In this document: piece by piece, positions 1 to 8,801 of the stretch
Numbering within the stretch: the stretch's first letter is position 1
How the letters are laid out: the number at the start of each line of letters is the position of its first letter
Source of the DNA: an uncultured Methanolobus sp.
Lineage (GTDB): Archaea > Halobacteriota > Methanosarcinia > Methanosarcinales > Methanosarcinaceae
Reading direction: 5' to 3'
DNA: 64,000 bases
Assembly (NCBI GenBank): GCA_963675495.1
Contig: OY776215.1
Coordinates: 2,112,001-2,176,000, forward strand
The notes under the pieces: model-generated
Seen by the model: only the letters and a program-made list of their open reading frames with translations
What the model was told of the DNA's origin: nothing
Databases searched by the model: none
Made by a program: the position numbers and the translations under genes

Positions 1-1
1 G

Positions 2-310
2 AGTATGCTCAAAACAGGTTCTGGTAAAATACTTGCTAATCTGCGTGAAGCTCCCATGGTAACCAGGGATACTATAGACAGTACTCTTTCTGATATGGTC
101 GATGCCGGAATAAATGGTATCCTTGAAGTGGGCGAACCAAATACAAGAATACTGGATGTACCTGTAGAGCGTGACCATCTCGGTATTGTTGTTATTGGTG
201 GTACTAATCCCATGGCAATAGTCCAGGAACACGGCATTCCAATAAGGACCAATGCAATGTCAACACTTATGGATATCAACAAACTTTCCCACATCAATGA
301 TGTTGTTTGA
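2..310 (+). CDS. nrpR: NrpR/DUF128-family nitrogen regulator, C-terminal fragment (5' end lies outside the window)
   Basis: Frame is open from the window edge. '[12 protein letters not shown]...LEVGEPN...[12 protein letters not shown]' resembles the NrpR regulatory domain. Confidence 0.7.
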   Translation, partial: SMLKTGSGKILANLREAPMVTRDTIDSTLSDMVDAGINGILEVGEPNTRILDVPVERDHLGIVVIGGTNPMAIVQEHGIPIRTNAMSTLMDINKLSHINDVV

Positions 311-316
311 TGTGGT

Positions 317-1699
317 TCACGTTTTCATTAACTGCGCCGCGATAGTTGAATTGAGTTTCTGAATGAACTCTTCTTTTTTGCCAGGTGGTACTGAAGCCCC
401 TGCTGCAATATCATGGCCACCGCCTGCTCCTCCAAGTTCCTTACACACAATGCTCAAAGCATCTGCAAGATTGAGGCCTTTATTGATAAGTTCCTGTGTT
501 CCTCTTGCAGATACTTTATAGCCGTCATCCTTGTCTGCAAATGCTATGATGGGTAGTTTACGGTTGCCTGTTGAGAAGTGGCTCATTCCTGCAACAATGC
601 CTACTATGGTTTCAGGGATTAAGCTTCCTGCATCGAAATACTGGAGGTGTGAAAGTTCGGTGATTCCGTTGTCCCTGACGAAATTCAGTCCGTCTACAAG
701 GTTCTTACGATGGTTTTGCAGAAGGTCCTGTGCTTCCCTGTAGGCTTCGTCCCGGTTGCCCATGCACACCTGCATTCCAACTTCCGCTTTCATATATCTG
801 CCTGTGGCATTAAGGAGTGTGGAATATTCTGATGCGTCTCTCATTTCAGTACCTGCCTGTTCGGAAAGGAGTATGTAGCCCTCTGATACCAGCCTGCCGA
901 TATTGTAGGATGACATGCCGTGTTGCATGGAGTATTGCATAAGGGATGATGTAACTTTCATCTTTTCTTCTTTAGAAAGGTCTATCCATCTTCTCCATTT
1001 CTCATCATTTGAGAACTGAAGGCCTACCCTGGCAAGGAAGTCAATACATGCATCCTCATTACCGGTGAGCCCGGGAATAAATGGGTCGGATGAATACTGT
1101 ATCATTTTGTACACTGGACGTGTCTGTTTTCCAAAAAGTGAGATATCCTTTTTAGGAATTATTACTGCAGGATTTGCTTCAAGTATCATCCTGTTAAGGC
1201 TTACAAGTTTTCCATGCTTGCGATTTTGCATGTCACCAACACATCCTACTACTGCAAGGTCCGCAAGGTCACGGTTGTCGCCAAGCTGGGATGCAAGTAT
1301 AAATGTTGTCCCTGAACCACTTATTTCGTAAGAGCCATTTGCTCCGTAAAGATGGGGGTTCAGGTGATATTTATTTTCTCCTTGTGGTCGGTGATGGTCT
1401 GAAACAACAGCATGCACTCCGTAATTATTGATATGCTCCAGTTGCCCGCTTCCAAGGTCTGTGAATATCGTAAGTTCCGTGTTCATGTCCGCAAGTTTCT
1501 CTACGATCGTCTCATCAAGTTGTTTGACAAACATCATCTCAGAGCCGATACCTGCTCTTTCCAGAGCTTTTGAAATAATGGCTGCTGATGTTATTCCATC
1601 TGCATCGATGTGGGATACCAGCTGTATCTCATCGTATTTTTTGATCTCTTCAGCGCATTCCTGGGCATGCTTTGCCATCATGGCCATAGTTTCAGACAT
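317..1699 (-). CDS. RecJ-like DHH/DHHA1 phosphoesterase (ssDNA exonuclease family)
   Basis: Motifs SHIDADG, TDLGSG, SDHH, and C-terminal DHHA1 'SARG...GGGHDIAAG'. Confidence 0.9.
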   Translation of the reverse strand: MSETMAMMAKHAQECAEEIKKYDEIQLVSHIDADGITSAAIISKALERAGIGSEMMFVKQLDETIVEKLADMNTELTIFTDLGSGQLEHINNYGVHAVVSDHHRPQGENKYHLNPHLYGANGSYEISGSGTTFILASQLGDNRDLADLAVVGCVGDMQNRKHGKLVSLNRMILEANPAVIIPKKDISLFGKQTRPVYKMIQYSSDPFIPGLTGNEDACIDFLARVGLQFSNDEKWRRWIDLSKEEKMKVTSSLMQYSMQHGMSSYNIGRLVSEGYILLSEQAGTEMRDASEYSTLLNATGRYMKAEVGMQVCMGNRDEAYREAQDLLQNHRKNLVDGLNFVRDNGITELSHLQYFDAGSLIPETIVGIVAGMSHFSTGNRKLPIIAFADKDDGYKVSARGTQELINKGLNLADALSIVCKELGGAGGGHDIAAGASVPPGKKEEFIQKLNSTIAAQLMKT

Positions 1700-1711
1700 G
1701 TTATTATCCTC

Positions 1712-2209
1712 TCATTCTATCAATCTGGATTTTTTCCATCCCTTTGGATCGATCAGGTATTTGTTACTCGCTCTTTCTATTCTCGGGTAACTCTGTATCT
1801 CTTCGACAGTTACCTTTGGAGTGCCTTCTTCATTATATTTTTTGCAAAGCTCTGTCCATGGTATCATATATGCTTCTCTTGCACGTCCGACACCCATTTT
1901 CAATTCAACTGCAAGAAATCCTGTCCTACCTGATCTCAATAAAAAATCGGATATTCTTTCTATCTGGTGGGCACCATTCTTATCAGTTGTGAAATGCTGT
2001 GTAAAATAAAGTGCCTTTGCACCTTTATCCACAGAAATGCTCTTGCATTCGATTCCCATATAATAGTCCGGGTCAAGCGAATCAACAAGTACATCCAGAA
2101 ACTGTGATGTGAATCTGTGCTGTTTGAGTCGATAAGCTATTCCCTTCATTTTTTTCTCTTCGAAGAAGGCGTTGAACGACTGGACAAGTACTCTTTCAAA
2201 TTCTGTCAT
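1712..2209 (-). CDS. PD-(D/E)XK nuclease, RecU/Hjc-like Holliday-junction resolvase candidate
   Basis: 'EFER', 'DVLVD', 'IECKS', 'HQI' and 'YMIPW' motifs. Ends 12 bp before the DHH gene on the same strand. Confidence 0.6.
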   Translation of the reverse strand: MTEFERVLVQSFNAFFEEKKMKGIAYRLKQHRFTSQFLDVLVDSLDPDYYMGIECKSISVDKGAKALYFTQHFTTDKNGAHQIERISDFLLRSGRTGFLAVELKMGVGRAREAYMIPWTELCKKYNEEGTPKVTVEEIQSYPRIERASNKYLIDPKGWKKSRLIE

Positions 2210-2320
2210 TGTATTATCACGTTTTTGGAATTATATTCTTTTCAAGGTTATATTAAATATTGCCTTGATTATATTATGTAACTCGTTAGATTGATGTACC
2301 TGTTAACTCAATTAGCAGTG

Positions 2321-2503
2321 ATGAACAAGAAAAATTTGGAAATCATATCTTCAATAGGTTCTGTAGTATTGTTAATGGTACTTTTTGCCGCAGCACATCG
2401 GATGAGGGATATATTTCCTCAGGAATACGGGTTTATTTTCTCACTTGTGATATTCATAGTTGCTATGTCTGTTGTCGGGCTGAAGTTGAATGAAATGAAT
2501 TGA
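2321..2503 (+). CDS. small two-TM membrane protein
   Basis: ATG at 2321 (MNKKNLEII). Two hydrophobic segments. Sits directly upstream of yjbQ. Confidence 0.6.
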   Translation: MNKKNLEIISSIGSVVLLMVLFAAAHRMRDIFPQEYGFIFSLVIFIVAMSVVGLKLNEMN

Positions 2504-2517
2504 GGGAATTTTGGCTA

Positions 2518-2937
2518 ATGTCAGTGTTCAGTGCTGAATTCACTCTGGATACATCCGGAAACGCGGATGTTCTGGACATTACTCCTTATGTTTCTGAGCT
2601 GGTTGCATCATCTGGTTTTAGTGATGGGATTGTGCTCGCATATGTTCCAGGTTCAACTGCAGGAATAACGACTATTGAATTTGAACCTGGTCTGGTCCGT
2701 GATCTTAAAGAAGCGCTTGAAAGGCTGGCTCCGCAAGATATTACTTATTTTCACAATGAGCGTTGGCACGATGGCAATGGACATTCTCATATCAGAGCAT
2801 CTTTCATAGGCCAAAGTGAGTCGTTCCCTCTTATCAATGGGGATATTCTGCTTGGCACATGGCAGCAGATAATACTCGTGGATCTTGATAATCGTCCACG
2901 TTCAAGAAAAGTTCACGTGCAGGTATGCGGTGAATAA
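2518..2937 (+). CDS. yjbQ: YjbQ/UPF0047 family protein
   Basis: 'GSTAGITTIEFEPGL', 'HDGNGHSHIRAS', 'LGTWQQI..D.D'. ATG at 2518 preferred over TTG at 2500. Confidence 0.9.
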   Translation: MSVFSAEFTLDTSGNADVLDITPYVSELVASSGFSDGIVLAYVPGSTAGITTIEFEPGLVRDLKEALERLAPQDITYFHNERWHDGNGHSHIRASFIGQSESFPLINGDILLGTWQQIILVDLDNRPRSRKVHVQVCGE

Positions 2938-2957
2938 AAGTTGAAAATAGAAAGTAT

Positions 2958-2987
2958 TTCCGGCATTTAGCCGGATATATATTTTTT
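2958..2987. terminator. hairpin between convergent genes, probable terminator
   Basis: TCCGGC-ATTTA-GCCGGA stem-loop followed by a T-run on the + strand. Confidence 0.5.
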
Positions 2988-3383
2988 TCATTGCTTGACA
3001 AGGAACTTGACAAAATCAGGGCTTAATCTTGTCTCTCTGATCATCTTGTCTTCTACGTCCTCATCGGAAAGTCCATCTTGTTTGTACTGTGCGATGCGGT
3101 CATAGACAGTCTGTGAAACTTCGGAGTATTCGTTGATGTCTTTCCTGTGGCCCCATACATCTCCTTCAAGGAGTTCGATTCCCTGCATCTCAAGGTACAT
3201 CTTTGCGGAGTTTGAGATTGTTCTCTTGTATGAGCTTGGGATATGAAGTGCTTTTACATTAGGACATTTCATTATAAGGGAAAATATGTCTGTGTTTGAA
3301 GGTCTGAATGCGAGGTGGATGATTTCTTCATTCGGGCCAAGTGTGTTAATCTCTTCTTTTGAACTTACTACTCTTATTTTCAT
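2988..3383 (-). CDS. DUF1699-like Methanosarcinales conserved protein
   Basis: 'MKIRVVSSKEEI...IHLAFRPSN...EGDVWGHRKDINEY' matches the recalled DUF1699 family. Confidence 0.75.
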   Translation of the reverse strand: MKIRVVSSKEEINTLGPNEEIIHLAFRPSNTDIFSLIMKCPNVKALHIPSSYKRTISNSAKMYLEMQGIELLEGDVWGHRKDINEYSEVSQTVYDRIAQYKQDGLSDEDVEDKMIRETRLSPDFVKFLVKQ

Positions 3384-3950
3384 GTTTTACCTTCCTGTCT
3401 TTTATATTTGGGTTTTTCATCAAATTTTATGAATGGGAGTTTAGATTTTTTCTTTCTAAAAATTAGTGTATATACAAACGGTTATTTAAACATTGCTAAT
3501 ATAAGATTATATGCATGGTTTAAAGTAGTTTAATCGTATAATTTAGGATTTTATTTTGACAGTGCTGTTTGACAAAAAAACGCTATCTTCAGTTGCATAT
3601 CTACTTATTTTATACAGTCTCTTGCTTAATTACTTCTCACAACAGCTCACTTTTTCCTAATATATTTTTTAAAAATAAAATATATATTTCATTGTTAATA
3701 TTATTTCTTTTGAGTTGCCCTCTAAAATAGTTTGGTTTAATATCGACACGTTCTTTTTTTTGTATGTCTCGATTAACTTGATCTATGCATATTTGTACTA
3801 ATCTGTATGTTTGTTATATTCGTGTATATACAAAAATGGTTTCTCTGTATTATTTATTTTTAAAATAATAAGATAAGCTTATCGATTTTTGAGTAATTTG
3901 TTTTATTTAAGTGTAAACGCTTATATAATTCTATATCCAATTTAGGATAT

Positions 3951-4757
3951 GTGCTTCCAAAACTGTTACCTAAGTTGCGAGTGAAAAATGATGTAAAAAT
4001 AATTTATATTATATTTGGTATTATATTGACATATTTTTCAATATATATGCCTGATTTTATGAATGTAGCAGGCATGGAAGGCACAAAGATAAGCTCCGTT
4101 GTGTCCTTTGGAGCACTTAATGGTATGCTCTTTGGTCCTTTCTGGGGTTCCATCGTATCAACAACTGGTTTTCTTTTGTATGAACTAACAAGTGGCAAGT
4201 ATCTTTTAATGGATACATTTTCGGTACTTTCGATCCTATTCATTGCACTTAGTTCAATAGTTTCAGGTCTTGTCGTCAACAGGGAGCATAAGGCTGCAAA
4301 AAGCATATTTATTGTACTTATAGCTGCATGGTATATTCTTGATGTGGGGAGGGAAGCTTATTTTTATCCATGGTACCATTTGCTGATACTTGGTATCTTC
4401 ATATTTTTTGAGAAATCTATTTTGGTGAAAACCGTTACTTCAAAAATATATATATTCATGTCTCTGTTTTTGGCTTCTCTAATGGGTGTTCTGTCCGATC
4501 ACCTGGCAGGAAGTATCACATATTACCTATTATATGATCTGCCTGCAAATATGTATGAATCGGTAATATTTCTTTATCCGGTAGAACGGACAATTCTCGC
4601 ATTTTTCCCTGCATTTCTGGTCTATGTACTGGTTGTCGTGTTCAAGGACATAATCCTCTCATCAGGGGATGTCGAAAAAGATATTGAGGACAGGAAATCC
4701 CGGGACCTGGACGAATATCTTCAAACTGATGTATTGGACATTATAAAAGGAAAATAA
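3951..4757 (+). CDS. multi-pass membrane protein resembling an ECF-transporter S-component, with an acidic C-terminal tail
   Basis: About 7 hydrophobic segments and a 'GALNGMLFGPFWG' motif typical of S-components. Start codon uncertain (GTG 3951 or a later one). Confidence 0.6.
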   Translation: MLPKLLPKLRVKNDVKIIYIIFGIILTYFSIYMPDFMNVAGMEGTKISSVVSFGALNGMLFGPFWGSIVSTTGFLLYELTSGKYLLMDTFSVLSILFIALSSIVSGLVVNREHKAAKSIFIVLIAAWYILDVGREAYFYPWYHLLILGIFIFFEKSILVKTVTSKIYIFMSLFLASLMGVLSDHLAGSITYYLLYDLPANMYESVIFLYPVERTILAFFPAFLVYVLVVVFKDIILSSGDVEKDIEDRKSRDLDEYLQTDVLDIIKGK

Positions 4758-4783
4758 AAAAGATACTCAATAATAATTAGTTC

Positions 4784-5530
4784 TTATTGCATTTCTACAA
4801 TTTTGTCTTTGATCTTTGTAATACTTTTAGAGAACAAATGTTCAGGTTCCGAGTGAACAAGTATTTCATTATTGCTACGAGTTGCAATTTCGCACATACA
4901 GGGTATAGCTGCAAGCACAGGTACTCCATATCTTTTTTTCTCGACGATGTCTGGACAATTACCATGGTGCATGTTATCTATGATCGCACATTTTTTGTCC
5001 AGAAGAGTATAAACACCTTTTACTAATTGCTCAGTGCAATTGGAACATGCCGTTGTATCATTGTGCACAATAATTATCATATCCGATGCTGCAACAGCAT
5101 TTATGGACTCATATTCTACACCTGGACTGGTATCGAACACGATAACATCAAAATTTTTGTCAGCAAGTTCTTTTTTCCCATTCATAAGTGCTTTAAGTGC
5201 CCCTGCCTGCCAGTTTCTATCCTTGCTCACAAGGTCTCTTATTTCCTTTATATCGGGATTAGCAAAGCTCACGTACAGGTGACCATCAGTTCCTATGTCC
5301 TTCTGAATGTCGTTCATGGTGTCTTTCAGGCTACATTTTCCTGATAGGAAATCGTTGATCCAGAAATGAGTTCCAGGCTCGAACATAGAACAGAGGGATG
5401 GTCCTCTAAGGTCCAGATCGATCAGGCATGTGTCTTTTCCTTCTAATGCAAAAGCTACTGCTAGATTTACCGCAATGCTTGTTTTTCCTGTTCCGCCTTT
5501 GGAGGAGTGTATTGCTAATGTGAGGCTCAT
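4784..5530 (-). CDS. MinD/ParA-family ATPase
   Basis: Deviant Walker A 'SSKGGTGKT', 'LIDLD', Walker B 'VFDTSPG'. Confidence 0.9.
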   Translation of the reverse strand: MSLTLAIHSSKGGTGKTSIAVNLAVAFALEGKDTCLIDLDLRGPSLCSMFEPGTHFWINDFLSGKCSLKDTMNDIQKDIGTDGHLYVSFANPDIKEIRDLVSKDRNWQAGALKALMNGKKELADKNFDVIVFDTSPGVEYESINAVAASDMIIIVHNDTTACSNCTEQLVKGVYTLLDKKCAIIDNMHHGNCPDIVEKKRYGVPVLAAIPCMCEIATRSNNEILVHSEPEHLFSKSITKIKDKIVEMQ

Positions 5531-5611
5531 GTTTCCTTCATTAATTATTGGTTGATTTTAATACTTTGAATCAATATTGAAATTTATCCAAAGAATTAAT
5601 GTCATTCTATA

Positions 5612-5971
5612 TTATTTTTTCTTCAAGCTCTCATTTATGCGGAAATAAACCTTTCTTCCGTCTCTATATTTTTTGATATGATTCATTCTGACAAGTTGGT
5701 TGAGATAATTACTTTCAACAGCTCTTTCCTTATTTGTCATGTTTGCGATCTCGTCTGCTGTTGCCGGACCAATTTCAAATAAAGTCGTTGCAGTAGTCCT
5801 TAAGTGATCTGGTAGGGAAAGTAGTGTTATTACATCAAGAGAATCTGCTATTATTTTGCTTTTCTCACCGACCGGATCTTCTTTGAACTCAGTCTGTAAA
5901 ATGAGCCGATCCAGTTTGGAGTTTATTTCTTTTAAATTATTGACAACCTGTTCGAGCAGTTCTGAGTCCAA
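5612..5971 (-). CDS. small winged-helix DNA-binding protein with N-terminal coiled coil
   Basis: 'ATADEIANMTNKERAVESNYLNQL...KYRDGRKVYF' is a wHTH with wing. TTG start preceded by AGGGGA. Confidence 0.75.
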   Translation of the reverse strand: MDSELLEQVVNNLKEINSKLDRLILQTEFKEDPVGEKSKIIADSLDVITLLSLPDHLRTTATTLFEIGPATADEIANMTNKERAVESNYLNQLVRMNHIKKYRDGRKVYFRINESLKKK

Positions 5972-6075
5972 TATTTCGTCCCCTACGTTTTATCATCAGA
6001 ATAAACATTATTATTACTTATTAATATATTATGCTTATTCAACATGAGTTCTCTTTACTAATAATCCTTTCTGGT

Positions 6076-7722
6076 TCAGTTTATTTTCAGATTCTTTGTC
6101 ATATAAACATTTTCCAGTTCATAACCTGCTTTTCGGTAGTACTGGCGCACACCAATACCGCTTATTACTGCAATCTTCTCATATCCGGCATCCAAGGCAA
6201 TTTCCTCTGCCTTTGAAATGAGTTCTCTGCCATATCCTCTGTGCTGCCAGTCGTCATTTCCAGCATTTTTTCCAACAGCTACAGATGATCCGAATATATG
6301 GAGTTCTCTTACAAGAGCAGCATTTTCTAACTCTTTACGATGAGGGCTGTCAGGAAACCTTAATCTAAGGAACCCTATCAATATGTCTTTTTTAAGGTCT
6401 TCAAAGGCAATAAAATGTTCTTTTCCTCCACAGCACTCATATGATTCCACGGTCAGTTGTATGTTGTCCATATCGGGCTCATTTCCTTTTAGTATGTTGT
6501 GCCCTACTTCACGGCATCTTATGCAGTGGCATTTTCCACCATGCTGTTCCAGATGTTTGTGTGCAAGTTGGCGGATATTACTTTTTTTTACTCCTGCAAG
6601 TATCTGGGGTGCAGGTATATCCCTCTGTATGCGCTGTAACCTGACCCATTTAGGGATAAAGGACTTGATATTGGACAGAAGCACTGTTGCTTCTTCATCT
6701 CCCATGGCTTTGTACTTACCCTGTTTCCACATTCTGTGTAATTCTGTTCCTTCAGTAACAAGGGTGGGATATATTTTCAGATAATCAGGCTTGAATCCTG
6801 TATTTTCAAATAATCTCTTAAAATTCCGTGTGTCCGTTTCCATATCCGTTCCAGGCAGTCCCGGCATCATATGGAATCCTACTTTCAGGGCACTGTCCCT
6901 CATAACTCTGTTCGCCTCGATACTGTCTGCAACACTGTGACCCCGTTTCATTCTCTCAAGAACGAAATCATAAGTGCTTTGAACACCGATTTCGACCTTA
7001 GTTGCTCCAAGTTCGAGCATCTTATCAATGTGGGTTTTTTTTGCCCAATCGGGGCGTGTTTCAAATGTAATGCCCGTGTTTCTTACCTCTGATGTCTCGT
7101 TTGCCTTCTGGACATCCTCTATTGTATAATATGGAACTGTCTTTCCAATTGGGTTTGCCTTCTGCCTCCAGGAGTCGCCGTAGAAATCATTCATAGCTTC
7201 AAGACAGCGTTTTGTGTACCATTCCTGGTAATCGATCGACCTTGCAGAAAAAGTGCCTCCCATAATTATAAGTTCGGCTTTTTTAACTTCATGTCCAATG
7301 TGCTTTAACTGGGTCAGTCTATTTGTCACTATCCTGTAGGGGTCATAGTCTAATTGTATTGCCCTCATGGTGGAGGGCTCCCTTCCCATGTAACTCTGTG
7401 GTGAGTTAAATTCTGAGTCTGGTCCTCCGGGACATGGGACACATATACCATGTGGGCATGAGGCAGGCGATGTCATTGCAGCAATCACTGCAACTCCCGA
7501 TATTGTGCGTACGGGCTTACGCTGAAGTATGGATCGAACCTTTTCCTGCTCTTCGTCAGTGCCTGACATAATAATGTCTGCATTTTTAGGAAGGGTCGAA
7601 AGACGAAACTGTTTTGCAAACATTTTCTTAGTTTCACTTAGTTGCTTATCGTTAGTTATCTGGCCATTAAGTACCATTTCCAGCATGTTTCTACAGGCTG
7701 TTTCAAAGTCATTTTCAGTCAT
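6076..7722 (-). CDS. elp3: Elp3 tRNA uridine(34) carboxymethyl/acetyltransferase (radical SAM + GNAT)
   Basis: 'RTISGVA...CPHGICVPCPGG', 'GGTF', 'ETRPD', 'KIYPT', 'RIQRDIP', 'WQHRGYG'. Confidence 0.95.
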   Translation of the reverse strand: MTENDFETACRNMLEMVLNGQITNDKQLSETKKMFAKQFRLSTLPKNADIIMSGTDEEQEKVRSILQRKPVRTISGVAVIAAMTSPASCPHGICVPCPGGPDSEFNSPQSYMGREPSTMRAIQLDYDPYRIVTNRLTQLKHIGHEVKKAELIIMGGTFSARSIDYQEWYTKRCLEAMNDFYGDSWRQKANPIGKTVPYYTIEDVQKANETSEVRNTGITFETRPDWAKKTHIDKMLELGATKVEIGVQSTYDFVLERMKRGHSVADSIEANRVMRDSALKVGFHMMPGLPGTDMETDTRNFKRLFENTGFKPDYLKIYPTLVTEGTELHRMWKQGKYKAMGDEEATVLLSNIKSFIPKWVRLQRIQRDIPAPQILAGVKKSNIRQLAHKHLEQHGGKCHCIRCREVGHNILKGNEPDMDNIQLTVESYECCGGKEHFIAFEDLKKDILIGFLRLRFPDSPHRKELENAALVRELHIFGSSVAVGKNAGNDDWQHRGYGRELISKAEEIALDAGYEKIAVISGIGVRQYYRKAGYELENVYMTKNLKIN

Positions 7723-7755
7723 TTTAACCGTGAAAATATTGAGATTATATCCGAA

Positions 7756-8784
7756 TCATTGACAGAATCCTGCAACCAGTGCTTCCAGCTGTATTCTATC
7801 GTTTGCAGTTTCTGTCAGGTAAAAATCAGTGTCTGCTATTTTTGTGACCCATTTGGCAATGGTATTATCCGCTTCGTTGGAATTCACTGTTACCTTGTGC
7901 AGCTGAAGTAATATTTCCTGCCCGGACAGTCCTTCTTCGAGTATGAGTGCATCAATGTATTTTCTGGCTTCAAGAATATTCTTTGAAGTTATTGATTCAA
8001 AGAGACTTGCTATGTTCTCTGATTGCTCTCCCAGTGTTGCATCGTATATTTGCTGAGGTCCAATACTCTCATCTGCAGATTGGACGGATGCTATCTGGAG
8101 CGTGTTCAATGCCCTTGCGATATTGCCTCTTGCATGATATACCAGTGCATCAATACCGTCACTATTGATCTGAAGCCCCTCGGCATCGACCACCGTGCTA
8201 ATGAACTTTGCAATTTTGTCATCTGAAACATGCGTGAAGAACAGTTGTAAACCCCTTGATCTAAGAGGGCTTATCAGCTTGGAAGGCTGGGTTGTTGAAA
8301 GTATGAAACGAGAAGATGTTGTATACTTTTCCATTATCCTTCTCAGGGCGTGCTGTGAATCAGAATTGAGCGATTCGGCATTATCAATGAATATTATCTT
8401 AAAATCCGAATCAACAGGTGGCATGCCTGCATATTCATTAATGATGTCCTTGAAGATATTTATCACGCTTTTATTGATCTTCTTTGGATCATCAGTCCCT
8501 ATTATGCGTATGAATCTCTTATCGCGTACAAGGTAGCTTTTTCCCTGCTCAAAAAAATCAGATGCATTGAAGTATGCCAGGTTACGTTCATAACCTTCTC
8601 CATATAATTGGTGGGCAAGTGCAAAAGCTGTACTTGACTTGCCTGAGTTTTCAGGACCGTGGAATACAAAATGTGGAAGGTTATTGGACATGGCCAGCTT
8701 CCTGACCATGTCTACTGATTGTTCATTGCCGACTATTTCGTCAAGGCTTCCAGGCCGGTATTTTACAGTCCACAGATCCTTCAA
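7756..8784 (-). CDS. rfcS: replication factor C small subunit, divergent RFCS2 type
   Basis: 'WTVKYRP', 'GPENSGKS', 'NASD', 'SQHALRRIME'. TTG start after GGTGAT. Confidence 0.85.
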   Translation of the reverse strand: MKDLWTVKYRPGSLDEIVGNEQSVDMVRKLAMSNNLPHFVFHGPENSGKSSTAFALAHQLYGEGYERNLAYFNASDFFEQGKSYLVRDKRFIRIIGTDDPKKINKSVINIFKDIINEYAGMPPVDSDFKIIFIDNAESLNSDSQHALRRIMEKYTTSSRFILSTTQPSKLISPLRSRGLQLFFTHVSDDKIAKFISTVVDAEGLQINSDGIDALVYHARGNIARALNTLQIASVQSADESIGPQQIYDATLGEQSENIASLFESITSKNILEARKYIDALILEEGLSGQEILLQLHKVTVNSNEADNTIAKWVTKIADTDFYLTETANDRIQLEALVAGFCQ

Positions 8785-8801
8785 ATTATCACCTTTTTCT
8801 T

